64,000 bases of DNA from a virus. The notes beneath the pieces were generated by a model. That model saw only the letters and a list, made by a program, of their open reading frames with translations, had not been told where the DNA came from and searched no databases. Positions 38,873 through 48,056 of this stretch are shown one piece after another; the first letter of the stretch is position 1, and each line of letters starts with the position of its first letter. The stretch spans positions 48,863-112,862 of IMG/VR virus record IMGVR_UViG_3300033149_004566; one strand, 5' to 3'. Position numbers and translations under genes: made by a program.

Positions 38873-39200
38873 GATAATACTCCAGTAAGATTTTGTTGTC
38901 TATACTTTTTAATCTGCGCTGCTCGGGTATTTCGATTATTACTGCCGTTGCTCCGATAAAGTAGTACACGATATCGTGTAAAGTTAGTCCGCTGGCGTTA
39001 AAATAATTACAATATTCACACTTGTAGCATTCATCGAGTCTAAGATCACATGAAAGGACGTTTCCTATGATCTTAGATGTTAACAGATGGTGTCTGCGCA
39101 ATATGATGAAAATTTTTTCCGCAATGACGTTGATATAACGCATAACGTTTTTTGATAATATGTTTAAGGAATTCTTGAAGTCTATCACTTCAATTTTCAT
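38853..39200 (-). CDS. Cys-cluster family A protein
   Basis: SCDLRLDECYKCEYCNYFNAS. Confidence 0.75.
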   Translation of the reverse strand: MKIEVIDFKNSLNILSKNVMRYINVIAEKIFIILRRHHLLTSKIIGNVLSCDLRLDECYKCEYCNYFNASGLTLHDIVYYFIGATAVIIEIPEQRRLKSIDNKILLEYYHERCNL

Positions 39201-39532
39201 CTTATTGCCCCCGTTTTTCTAAGATATGCTTTCTTCAATTGTTTTTTAGAGAAACGTTTGAATATGTATTTTAAATCGACATGTTGTAATAATGCCCGCG
39301 GAGTGTAAACGGTATATATGATGTCTTCGAGTCCTTCGTAAAGGTTAATGTTGATGTAATCACAATCATCGCATGCTAACGGGCAGTCATCGCATAAATA
39401 TTCATATACCGCTTTTTTTATTTCCGGGTTTATTACCGATAAAACCCTAATGTTGACTGAAAATACGTCTGTGCTCTTACTAGATGCAGTTATTATATTT
39501 TTATAGGTTTCATTTAGAGATATCTTTAACAT
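39197..39532 (-). CDS. Cys-cluster family A protein
   Basis: YEYLCDDCPLACDDCDY. Confidence 0.75.
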   Translation of the reverse strand: MLKISLNETYKNIITASSKSTDVFSVNIRVLSVINPEIKKAVYEYLCDDCPLACDDCDYININLYEGLEDIIYTVYTPRALLQHVDLKYIFKRFSKKQLKKAYLRKTGAIR

Positions 39533-39830
39533 TATAATCGACCATTAAATTAATATCAGATAGATATTTTAATATTAACTCTTTTCCTATGCATGTAAGT
39601 AAGATTTCTACGTTAAATATCGCGTATATCATCTTTCTCAAGCTGAAAAACGAGTTAAAATCGGCTCCATCACAATCGTCACACTTGTCGCAATTTTCAC
39701 ACAATTTTTCATACACTATTTTTTTCATGTCGGTTTTTGTCATCGTGATAATCAATTGTATTAATTTTATAATGTTGCCAGACGACATTAATCTATTTTT
39801 ATGTATCTCACAATATATTATTTTTATCAT
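39510..39830 (-). CDS. Cys-cluster family A protein
   Basis: YEKLCENCDKCDDCDG. Confidence 0.78.
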   Translation of the reverse strand: MIKIIYCEIHKNRLMSSGNIIKLIQLIITMTKTDMKKIVYEKLCENCDKCDDCDGADFNSFFSLRKMIYAIFNVEILLTCIGKELILKYLSDINLMVDYNVKDISK

Positions 39831-40125
39831 TATAATCGACTATCAAGATTTCATCGTGCAAGTGTTTTAATATTTCCGACTTTCCTATAAAAGAAAGCAC
39901 GGTTTTTATATTGTATATATCATATATCAATTTTTTCAGGTCTAAAATAACCCTCATGTTTAATCCATCACATACATCACACATATCACATTCGTTGCAA
40001 TAATCTGGAATTGCTTTTTTTAATGCATAACGAAGATCGTAAATGACTGCAAGCCCCTTTAATTCAAAATCGTTTTTTTTGGACTGTAATTTCAAATTTT
40101 TATGATACAGGATTATATAATTCAA
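39808..40125 (-). CDS. Cys-cluster family A protein
   Basis: DYCNECDMCDVCDG. Confidence 0.78.
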   Translation of the reverse strand: MNYIILYHKNLKLQSKKNDFELKGLAVIYDLRYALKKAIPDYCNECDMCDVCDGLNMRVILDLKKLIYDIYNIKTVLSFIGKSEILKHLHDEILIVDYNDKNNIL

Positions 40126-40126
40126 C

Positions 40127-40438
40127 TCACTCCACTGTCCTCAATTCCAGTTCGTTTAACAGGTCTCCGGTTTTTAATTTCTCGAGGATGTCTTTCACGT
40201 TTATATGTTTTAATACGTTCAAAAAACCAAATACATAATATATCATGTAGAAAATAGATTTATTGCGGCTATCCACGAATTCGCATCTCTCACACATGTT
40301 ACATTTGTTACAATAATCCTGAAATATAGTTATCTTGACAGCTGGATGCATGTACATGGGATCGACAATTAATGAGATTGACGAATTGTCTAAGGACATA
40401 AATTTCAAGTTTAAATATTTAGTTCTCAATATTTTCAT
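40127..40438 (-). CDS. Cys-cluster family A protein
   Basis: DYCNKCNMCERCEF. Confidence 0.78.
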   Translation of the reverse strand: MKILRTKYLNLKFMSLDNSSISLIVDPMYMHPAVKITIFQDYCNKCNMCERCEFVDSRNKSIFYMIYYVFGFLNVLKHINVKDILEKLKTGDLLNELELRTVE

Positions 40439-40779
40439 ATCGTCGCATCCGTAAGACGATTTAATAAGTAATCAGTGTCAATATTTTTGAGCAGAATTGT
40501 TTTCTCTATGCATGTTATTATGTCAAATAATTCAAAATAATCGTTTACTATTTGTCTGATTGTCATAAAAGATGCATCAAAATATTCACAGTTATCACAT
40601 CGCACGCAATAGTTACAAATATTATCCCAGAGCACGTCGTAATACTCCGTGCTTCCAAAAAATTCACTTGTAATTAACATGTATGATAACAACTTGTATA
40701 CGCTTGCTCTATCATCAAGACCCACTGATATTTTTTCGCCACTCATATTTTGCACGATATCGACAAACATAATTTTCAT
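40435..40779 (-). CDS. Cys-cluster family A protein
   Basis: NICNYCVRCDNCEYFDAS. Confidence 0.78.
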   Translation of the reverse strand: MKIMFVDIVQNMSGEKISVGLDDRASVYKLLSYMLITSEFFGSTEYYDVLWDNICNYCVRCDNCEYFDASFMTIRQIVNDYFELFDIITCIEKTILLKNIDTDYLLNRLTDATI

Positions 40780-41120
40780 TAACCATGCTCCTCCAAGTGT
40801 TGCATTAATTTTTTCGTGCTCAGATATTTTAGCATTGTTTTTTTATCCACATAATTCATAATTTCATATATATCAAAATATTCGTATATAATATCTCCTA
40901 AATACATTGCAGCGGCGTTGAAGTAGTCACAGTCGCTACATATTTCACAACTGTCACACACGCCACTAAATTCATCATGTATCATGGAGTACAATTTTTC
41001 GCATCTAATTGCATTCAGAAAGAAACCAATATTTTCACATTTGATGACGTTTGACTGCAATCTTTTCAGGTTTCTTACATCCAAATCATGAATTACGGAT
41101 ACGGACATTGCCATTTTCAT
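40779..41120 (-). CDS. Cys-cluster family A protein
   Basis: VCDSCEICSDCDYFNAA. Confidence 0.78.
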   Translation of the reverse strand: MKMAMSVSVIHDLDVRNLKRLQSNVIKCENIGFFLNAIRCEKLYSMIHDEFSGVCDSCEICSDCDYFNAAAMYLGDIIYEYFDIYEIMNYVDKKTMLKYLSTKKLMQHLEEHG

Positions 41121-41485
41121 GCTATCGTCGCCCTTTCAAAATAAGATTTTAACATGTCGGTGGACACGTGATCGAGCAACACGCGCTTGCTCCATTTTGA
41201 TGCAATGTGTTTTAAGATCTCATAATCGCCAAATTTACTATATATGATGTTATCAAGTGATGGATCGGTTGCATCAAAAAAATTACAGTAAATGCATTTA
41301 TCACATTTATAACATATATATTTTTTAATAAATTCTCTATCGTGTATCATTCTATCTGGATCTGCGATTTTTCTCGACAGATAATATATGATGTCGTCGT
41401 CGTCTACATTTAACATATAAAGATAATAATCGGTTTTTAAGTTTCTTGTTGTCAAAAGCATCCCATCAAACAATAATATTTTCAT
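41117..41485 (-). CDS. Cys-cluster family A protein
   Basis: YICYKCDKCIYCNFFDAT. Confidence 0.78.
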   Translation of the reverse strand: MKILLFDGMLLTTRNLKTDYYLYMLNVDDDDIIYYLSRKIADPDRMIHDREFIKKYICYKCDKCIYCNFFDATDPSLDNIIYSKFGDYEILKHIASKWSKRVLLDHVSTDMLKSYFERATIA

Positions 41486-41795
41486 CCTTTTTCACCAATG
41501 CGTTCGTATCGATGTGTTTTAGTATGGCAGTTTTTTCCACGTATTTCAATAATTCGTGGCTATCAAACATCAAATATATCATTTCCTCCAAGCTTTTAAA
41601 TATGGAGTAGTTGATATATTCGCATCCCACGCATGTTTGACATTGCCCACATTTCACGTGCTTGAAGGTGGCAAGCGCGTCTTCTTCTAACATGGCGTCT
41701 TGAAAAGGCTCTAAAAAATACGGATCGATACCGTTATATTTACAAAATTTAAAAGATAGATTTTGTTTATCTGTGCAAAATAACAATACTTTCAT
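41466..41795 (-). CDS. Cys-cluster family A protein
   Basis: VKCGQCQTCVGCEY. Confidence 0.78.
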   Translation of the reverse strand: MKVLLFCTDKQNLSFKFCKYNGIDPYFLEPFQDAMLEEDALATFKHVKCGQCQTCVGCEYINYSIFKSLEEMIYLMFDSHELLKYVEKTAILKHIDTNALVKKDENIIV

Positions 41796-42135
41796 TCTTC
41801 AACCTCCATAAAGTCCGCAGTGAATCATTTGACAAGTGCGAAAGCATGTGAATTTTTTTGACGTGGGCTAAAATTAATCTGACTCCGAACACCGAATATA
41901 TTATTTCTCTTAGAATTTCATTGCCGTCAAAGTATTCGCATCTATTGCATTTATCACAGTTGCAGCACAGCACTTCGTACAGCTTTTCAAATAACATGTC
42001 ATTGTTAAAAAATCCCACGCATGATAACGTTTTTTTCATGCCATTATGGCCCAATAGATACGATGAATGTTTCCGTATCAGTATTTCAAGAGCAGCTTTA
42101 TTGTGTATGATGTATTTCAACAATTTAATATTCAT
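41767..42135 (-). CDS. Cys-cluster family A protein
   Basis: YEVLCCNCDKCNRCEYFDG. Confidence 0.78.
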   Translation of the reverse strand: MNIKLLKYIIHNKAALEILIRKHSSYLLGHNGMKKTLSCVGFFNNDMLFEKLYEVLCCNCDKCNRCEYFDGNEILREIIYSVFGVRLILAHVKKIHMLSHLSNDSLRTLWRLKNESIVILHR

Positions 42136-42505
42136 GGCAAGCTGTCCCGTATCTTTGTAATAAAACTTCGTTGGATATTCTATGCATCATTTCTGATGCC
42201 GTTAAACCAACATTATTTTTTAGTTCTTCGAGAATATTTCTTGTATAGTATATGTTTTTTACTACATATTCTAATGGAAACATGTTTACGAGAATTCTGC
42301 CCCGTTTACAGATACAAACATTACATAATTTATCACTCAGCTCTTTTGAAAAATATTTTAATTTTCTATAAACACGTTTTATCGGCCACATGTTTACGTG
42401 ATCGTTCAATATGAGATGATATTTTGAACGATTATTGTTATTAAATTCTGTTATTATTGCTTTCATTTTTTCTTTCACCAAAAAAGTGGAGTTATAAAAC
42501 TCCAC
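42125..42505 (-). CDS. Cys-cluster family A protein (partial motif)
   Basis: DKLCNVCICK. Confidence 0.65.
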   Translation of the reverse strand: MEFYNSTFLVKEKMKAIITEFNNNNRSKYHLILNDHVNMWPIKRVYRKLKYFSKELSDKLCNVCICKRGRILVNMFPLEYVVKNIYYTRNILEELKNNVGLTASEMMHRISNEVLLQRYGTACHEY

Positions 42506-42857
42506 GCCTGATTAACTCGTTTTTTATGTCGTCTATCGAAAGAAAATCCAACATGTCTTCGACGTCTATGGCATCCAATAGTTCGTCCATTGTAATTCTC
42601 CCGTCCATTAGAGTCGTGACGAAGTGGTGGGCGTCGTATAATACCTTATCACAGTTTTCACACCTGTCGCAATTTTCACAGAAAACGTCCTCGATCGCTC
42701 CGCGTAATACTGACAGCAATTTACTTTCGTCGTCTTCGAGGACATAATATATATCGTGTATGAATTCCTCCATCTCCTCATATAAAGACAGGTTGTAGAT
42801 TTTTTTGAATAATTTTTTATCTTTGCCTACCGTGGTGTTATATATAATCACGTACAC
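42492..42857 (-). CDS. Cys-cluster family A protein
   Basis: VFCENCDRCENCDK. Confidence 0.78.
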   Translation of the reverse strand: MYVIIYNTTVGKDKKLFKKIYNLSLYEEMEEFIHDIYYVLEDDESKLLSVLRGAIEDVFCENCDRCENCDKVLYDAHHFVTTLMDGRITMDELLDAIDVEDMLDFLSIDDIKNELIRRGVL

Positions 42858-43312
42858 TACAGCACCTCAACGTATTCATTGCAATAGAAGCAAAAATACT
42901 TCTTTTCTCTTCTATCATACGCGGATTTTTTTCCGCACACGACACACGACCTTTTATGAAGATCTTCCACGCTATCACATGGTATCGGCTCCAATTTTTC
43001 AAACAAACTGTCGTCGCGTTTTGATATTCCTTGTACTATGTTTACCAACATGTGCCATATTTTTGCTACCTGTATTGGGTCGTATTCATATTTTAATGCG
43101 TCGAGCACGTATGCTTGTGTTTTATTTTTTATAATCACGTGTCCGAGATATTCTGATTTGGCAATATTCTCCGGCGTGTTCCATGGATGAGACCAGAACA
43201 GTATGGCGGATAATCTGACGTCATAATTTCCGCCTTTTTCAACGTCTCTTTTTTCGCAATACCTGAAAATCTTGTCTATGGTGTTGTAATAATACATGCC
43301 TAGGAAATTCAA
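42857..43312 (-). CDS. Hypothetical protein with C-terminal zinc ribbon
   Basis: CVVCGK..YFCFYCNEY. Confidence 0.7.
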   Translation of the reverse strand: MNFLGMYYYNTIDKIFRYCEKRDVEKGGNYDVRLSAILFWSHPWNTPENIAKSEYLGHVIIKNKTQAYVLDALKYEYDPIQVAKIWHMLVNIVQGISKRDDSLFEKLEPIPCDSVEDLHKRSCVVCGKKSAYDRREKKYFCFYCNEYVEVL

Positions 43313-43983
43313 GACGTGAGCACCATGAAATTTTCTACATCATAATCATATCTGAAATGATTTTTGTCCGCGTTATCACGGATTTCATTAAATATCAGGG
43401 CGCAGGCGGTTGCTGCGACTTGATTCAACGTGAAAATTATGGTTTGCTGTGTACACGGAATGTCAAGTGTTTTTCTATCTAATGTCTCTGCCCAATTATC
43501 GATTTTTTCTGGTGTCACGTAGAACACCGCGCAGAATAGTCCTCCTGTTCTTGCGTCGATTATAGTTCTCTTGTTTTTTAAAAGGACGTCTTTCACTATT
43601 TTTCTAGAGGTCATCGAGTCGACTCCGAGAACGACAAAGTCGCACTCTTTGAACTCATTCACGTGGTTTTTTCCGAACAATTCGTTGTACTTGATGACTT
43701 CAACTCTTCCAGGAGATACTTGCTTGATTCGGTTTTCAAGAGCGTCTACCTTTGGAAGATCTACTTCGTCCCTGAAGAAGAATTGATTCGGAAGGTTGTG
43801 CTCTTCGATCACGTCATCATCAAACAGCACGAATTTTCCGACGCCCATTTTTGCCAGCATCGTGCATATGATGGAGCCGACAGAGCCACATCCTATCATC
43901 ATGACGCTTACATCCTGTATTGTTTCGGGATTAATCCATCCCGATTGCCTCAAAAAGGTATTTATAATGTTCATCTTTATCAA
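43309..43983 (-). CDS. ThiF/E1-like Ubl-activating enzyme (system 1)
   Basis: FLRQ, IGCGSVGS, FDDDVIEEHNLPNQFF, PKVDAL, GVDSM..R, IDARTGG, candidate catalytic Cys in IPCT. Confidence 0.93.
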   Translation of the reverse strand: MIKMNIINTFLRQSGWINPETIQDVSVMMIGCGSVGSIICTMLAKMGVGKFVLFDDDVIEEHNLPNQFFFRDEVDLPKVDALENRIKQVSPGRVEVIKYNELFGKNHVNEFKECDFVVLGVDSMTSRKIVKDVLLKNKRTIIDARTGGLFCAVFYVTPEKIDNWAETLDRKTLDIPCTQQTIIFTLNQVAATACALIFNEIRDNADKNHFRYDYDVENFMVLTS

Positions 43984-45194
43984 CTATAATAATTGATTCT
44001 TTTTCTCGATTTTTTGATTATATAACTTCGTTTATTCACGTTGTAATAATTATGATAATCGCTTTTCGCTACGACGACGTCTTTTTTGTCAATCCATTCA
44101 TATATGCCGTCTATTTTGACTAGATATTTGTCATTGCCTTCGATTATTATCTCGCCAGGTTTCATCGCATAGTTGTCATTTTTTACAGCACATTTTTTAA
44201 GAGATCGTGAGCTGTAAGATTTTTTTATCATTGTTTTTACCTTTTCTACGAACTCTATGACTTTCGGATCGTTCATCATGGAATCTGGATCTCCGTAGAA
44301 TTTTATCTCCTTGCATTTTTTGTGAACGTCTCCAGGATAATCTATTTGCACGTGCGACTTCATGGTTGTAAAATTCATGTTTTCAGTGAACGACGTTACT
44401 ACACTGAGTACGGCCGGCCATCCCATTTTTAGGAATAGATCGATCGTTGATTTATCTGTTCCGGATATGAACGTTGACATTGATCCGTGGCTATGCCACG
44501 TGCCTATTATTGACTCCTTTTCAAATGGTTTTGTTGGAGCTTTTATCATTTCGATGTTAGAGATTCCGTAATCCTCCAACGCATCTTTTTCATAGTCAAC
44601 CGAACCGGACGTTACGCTCTGTTTGATTATCACCAACTCAGTGATGAGTATTTTCATCAGTTTGCCATCGTCGTATGTTTTTTTACCTATTATTAGGCCT
44701 CCAATTTCGCTGTTGCCAAATGACAACGTGAGAAGGGCTATTTCAGCTGCAACCTGTTCGCTAAAATATACTTCAAAGTCCTGTTTTATTTCTTTCTTTT
44801 TCGTATATTTCGCGAGCGTTTTTATCTTCTTCTTTTTTAGATCTCTCTCCTGCCATAAAGTATAGATTTTGTAGTTCCCAACCCATTTTATACATAAGTC
44901 GCGAGCGTCGCACAACTTTTTATTGTCAGTATTTTTACACGTCAGACATTTTTCGTCGTAGCTGTAATCATCTAAATGACGATCGATTTCGTTCTCATAT
45001 AGATCTACATCGTAAAGCACGTAATATGGGTCATAATGCTTGTAGTCCTCGTTCTTACAAACTTTACATAGATCGTCATTGCCATTGAGATACCACGCGC
45101 ATTTTTCGCATATTCTTTCATCCATTTCTACACCCCATGCATAGTCCATCTTTATCCAAGGCAAACATTTTTCCGCATGATACACATTCGTCAT
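43980..45194 (-). CDS. JAB/MPN metalloprotease with Cys-rich N-terminus (system 1)
   Basis: EIGGLIIG..IIGTWHSHGSMSTFISGTD (JAMM E..HxH..S..D). Confidence 0.9.
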   Translation of the reverse strand: MTNVYHAEKCLPWIKMDYAWGVEMDERICEKCAWYLNGNDDLCKVCKNEDYKHYDPYYVLYDVDLYENEIDRHLDDYSYDEKCLTCKNTDNKKLCDARDLCIKWVGNYKIYTLWQERDLKKKKIKTLAKYTKKKEIKQDFEVYFSEQVAAEIALLTLSFGNSEIGGLIIGKKTYDDGKLMKILITELVIIKQSVTSGSVDYEKDALEDYGISNIEMIKAPTKPFEKESIIGTWHSHGSMSTFISGTDKSTIDLFLKMGWPAVLSVVTSFTENMNFTTMKSHVQIDYPGDVHKKCKEIKFYGDPDSMMNDPKVIEFVEKVKTMIKKSYSSRSLKKCAVKNDNYAMKPGEIIIEGNDKYLVKIDGIYEWIDKKDVVVAKSDYHNYYNVNKRSYIIKKSRKRINYYS

Positions 45195-46341
45195 AGCCGA
45201 CGACTATTTTACAGAAATCCGTTATATATGAATCTTCTGGATTGTATGTCACGCACATTTCTCTAATGAGTAGTACCAGGTTAACTATGTCCAACTGTGC
45301 AGACGCATTTTTTATGGCAACGCTAAAGCTGCCCATGCATATCTTATCTGTACCGATATGTGGCGTGATATACGCATCATACGGGGCAAATGTTGGGCCC
45401 TCGTGTTTTACCAACACGGGATCCATTCCGATAGAGCAAGACCATGTGAACGTTCCGATCGGGATGTATTCCTCGCAATGATCGTTCTCGAAGTATAATT
45501 CTAGATCGTGATACACGACGTTTATTCCGTTGTCCACGACCTCTACGTCGATGTTATCAAGTTTTTTTAATATTTCCAACGTTTTTGGCAAGTTTAATAG
45601 ATTTTTATGACAGTTTTTGATGTTTTGTGATATTTCTCTTTTCTTAACGGCTGATTTGACGTTTGCAAGTAGGTTAAAATTGTACTTGAGAGCAATGTTA
45701 AATAACGGCAAGAATTCCGCAATTTTTTTGTCTGTTAATTTTATCTCGTCTCCATTGACCACCGTTTCAACAAAGTTTTCTAAGACCGTATTTACGTTCG
45801 TTATGGCGTAAAAGTTTTCATCCAGTTTGGACGCTATGATTTCGCCCTTCTCATTTACTATGATGGACTTGGCAATGAACGCGTCGCCGACTCTATCCAT
45901 TAATATGAGGTGCGGGATTTCACCCTTGACGTCCGAGTTTAGATAATCGTCTATTGTCGACACCAACTTACCACCTTCAAAGTTAAATCTGTTAACGACC
46001 TCGTCTGGAAACCACATGTTGTCTTCCGATAAGTTAACGAATCCCGGAATCCTGTCGACGACTATTTGAATTTTATTTAATGAATCAATTGCGTCTTCAT
46101 CCCAATATATGGCTTTTGAAGCCAATACTCTGGTTATATATGCCATGTCTCCAATTCTTAATCTTTTATCGTGTTCAAGAGTCTTATGTTCGCATTCGTT
46201 GTCGATGCCGATTGCACATCTATACGTTTCACAGTCTTCGTGGATCACGTCGCAAGCGGCACAGCACTTGTAACTTTTAATTATCTGGTTCGGACATCCG
46301 CCCGCTTTTATATGCTTTTTGCAATACATCGATGTTATCAT
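45118..46341 (-). CDS. Prokaryotic E2-like Ubl-conjugating enzyme with N-terminal Cys-rich/SH3-like module (system 1)
   Basis: C-terminal TPHIGTDKICMG..YNPEDSY (HPH-type motif plus catalytic Cys); between JAB and Ubls. Confidence 0.78.
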   Translation of the reverse strand: MITSMYCKKHIKAGGCPNQIIKSYKCCAACDVIHEDCETYRCAIGIDNECEHKTLEHDKRLRIGDMAYITRVLASKAIYWDEDAIDSLNKIQIVVDRIPGFVNLSEDNMWFPDEVVNRFNFEGGKLVSTIDDYLNSDVKGEIPHLILMDRVGDAFIAKSIIVNEKGEIIASKLDENFYAITNVNTVLENFVETVVNGDEIKLTDKKIAEFLPLFNIALKYNFNLLANVKSAVKKREISQNIKNCHKNLLNLPKTLEILKKLDNIDVEVVDNGINVVYHDLELYFENDHCEEYIPIGTFTWSCSIGMDPVLVKHEGPTFAPYDAYITPHIGTDKICMGSFSVAIKNASAQLDIVNLVLLIREMCVTYNPEDSYITDFCKIVVGYDECVSCGKMFALDKDGLCMGCRNG

Positions 46342-46356
46342 ACAAAATCACCACGT

Positions 46357-46638
46357 TTATCGAGGTAAAACTGTCATAAAAATGGGAAATAGGGGATTTT
46401 TATCATTTGTAATTCTTGTAGATTTGAAAGAAATTATTCCTTCCGGAATATCTTTTACGAGCGTGCTCTTGTTAATTATTTTTCCAGATATTACCATGGG
46501 TTGAGTACCATCTTTTACACTGATCTTTTCATCATCTATTAATTGTTCAACGACCTGACTACAGGTCATATCCTCGTCAAATTCGACAGTATAGATGCCA
46601 ATGCCCCAAATGGCGAAGTTAAGTTTTCTTTTTGTCAT
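46357..46638 (-). CDS. Ubiquitin-like beta-grasp protein, copy lacking the conjugation Gly
   Basis: Paralogue of 46643-46930; ISFKSTRITNDKNPLFPIF. Confidence 0.7.
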   Translation of the reverse strand: MTKRKLNFAIWGIGIYTVEFDEDMTCSQVVEQLIDDEKISVKDGTQPMVISGKIINKSTLVKDIPEGIISFKSTRITNDKNPLFPIFMTVLPR

Positions 46639-46930
46639 GTTTTCAACTCTTTTGAGGAAAATTATTATAAAAAATAGGGAAAAGGGCTTTTTTGCCCTGT
46701 TTGATTTCCGGTGGCGTGAAGCTAATCATTCCTTCTGGAATGTCTTTCACGAGAGTGCTCACGTCAATCACTCTGCCAGATACTTTCATTACCTGGGCCC
46801 CGTCTTCTACACGAAGCTTTCCATCGATAATTAATTGTTCAACGACCTGACTGCAGGTCATATCCTCGTCAAATTCGGCAGTGTAAAGGCCAACGCCCCA
46901 AATGCCGAAGTTAAGTTTTCTTTTGGCCAT
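46539..46930. repeat. DNA-level duplication between the two Ubl genes (about 46539-46638 and 46831-46930)
   Basis: ttaattgttcaacgacctgact[a/g]caggtcatatcctcgtcaaattcg...gccccaaatg[g/c]cgaagttaagttttctttt shared. Confidence 0.9.
46643..46930 (-). CDS. Ubiquitin-like beta-grasp protein with Gly and C-terminal extension (system 1)
   Basis: EFDEDMTCSQVV..VSGRVID.STLVKD..ISFTPPEIKQG|KKALFPIF; adjacent to E2/JAB/E1. Confidence 0.75.
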   Translation of the reverse strand: MAKRKLNFGIWGVGLYTAEFDEDMTCSQVVEQLIIDGKLRVEDGAQVMKVSGRVIDVSTLVKDIPEGMISFTPPEIKQGKKALFPIFYNNFPQKS

Positions 46931-46935
46931 TTTTT

Positions 46936-47400
46936 TCAACTCATCGGTTTTATCGTTGCACTGAAAGACGATTTTACAGGCACGTCTTCGAGGTGCAATA
47001 AAAATTCTTCATTTTCATTTATTTCGTTATTTCCTTTCGGATAATCTATCATGATGACACTTTCAATGTCATTCGCTTTTTTATAGATTATCCTGTACGA
47101 ATTGTTTAAAATGCATCCTTTTTGGTATGCTAATACGAAGGCTTCATATTTGAGCCTTCCATTACATGATCTACATTGGGTTTTTTCAAGTTCGTTTACC
47201 GAATAATTTAAAAACCCCTGTTTCAACGCCAATAGCATGTTTTGCGTTGAGTTTTCTGTAACGGTTACCGACCTTGTCCTACATCTCGTGCATTTAAAAA
47301 TCATGGACATTATAGATGCATGGAAGTCGGTCTTTAATAGGTTCTCCATATAGGAGCTTATTGGGTCAATGTACTCTGACATTATTTGTTCATCTCGCAA
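46936..47400 (-). CDS. Zinc-ribbon protein
   Basis: FKCTRC...QCRSCNG. Confidence 0.7.
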   Translation of the reverse strand: MRDEQIMSEYIDPISSYMENLLKTDFHASIMSMIFKCTRCRTRSVTVTENSTQNMLLALKQGFLNYSVNELEKTQCRSCNGRLKYEAFVLAYQKGCILNNSYRIIYKKANDIESVIMIDYPKGNNEINENEEFLLHLEDVPVKSSFSATIKPMS

Positions 47401-48056
47401 TACTCATCGCTAATGATGATCGGAGTGATAGTTTCCGGTAAGTGCACGTGACTGCACGCGTGCAGTCTATTGTCTTTTACCACAATGGTATTACAACGTT
47501 GTTTTACGTTGAACACTCTATCCATGATGTATTTTTCACACCTGATCATATTTGCCCAGATTTTTCCGATCTCGAGAATTTTTTGCTTCATGATTGGAAC
47601 GTCTTCGTCTTTTATTTGATTTGCAACGGATAGTCTCATTCCGTGCAGTGTTGGAAAACACCACAAGAAGAATTCAAATGCCAACACTTTCATGCGATCA
47701 AAGTCAACCGGAAAATCATCGATGACAAATTCAACGACGCATACGCTTTCATTGATAAAGAATTTTTCCATTGCTTCTATCAACGTTTTTATCGTTTTTT
47801 CATCGTAAAACTCTTTTGATATTCGGAAGATCATGTTCGACACGTTGAATTTCGGCAGCTCGTCGTAGTAAACGTATCTATCGGCACGTATTTTCAACAT
47901 CATGTTGAATATTTTTTTGTCTTCGTAGATGCTGTCATCGATTATTAAATTGACCACATTATTGCTTGCAATGTTTTTTATATCAGCGACTATGTCTTCC
48001 GAAGGCACGTTCTTTACGTAGATTTTATATTTAATAATAATCACCCATTTCATCAA
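47382..48056 (-). CDS. Hypothetical protein
   Basis: Coupled ORF; C-terminal C..ACSH. Confidence 0.65.
   Translation of the reverse strand: MMKWVIIIKYKIYVKNVPSEDIVADIKNIASNNVVNLIIDDSIYEDKKIFNMMLKIRADRYVYYDELPKFNVSNMIFRISKEFYDEKTIKTLIEAMEKFFINESVCVVEFVIDDFPVDFDRMKVLAFEFFLWCFPTLHGMRLSVANQIKDEDVPIMKQKILEIGKIWANMIRCEKYIMDRVFNVKQRCNTIVVKDNRLHACSHVHLPETITPIIISDEYCEMNK

Larger units (their letters stand above)
37753..42857 (-). repeat. Tandem array of about 15 paralogous 103-129-aa genes with a CxxCxxCxxC-type motif
   Basis: See individual CDS; shared Cys cluster followed by a helical IY..F..IL..I.K..LL segment. Confidence 0.85.

Noticed and set aside
37753-42857. Ferredoxins or multiheme cytochromes
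   Set aside because: Spacing is C-x2-C-x2-C-x2-C without the ferredoxin CxxxCP, and CxxCH motifs are essentially absent; Fe-S binding is not excluded
46539-46930. Near-identical ~100-nt repeats as a DGR template/variable pair
   Set aside because: Mismatches are not adenine-specific (include g/a, t/g, t/c, g/c), both copies are the 5' ends of paralogous genes, and no reverse transcriptase is present
47382-48056. Degenerate radical SAM/SPASM protein
   Set aside because: No CxxxCxxC motif; only a vague C-terminal resemblance
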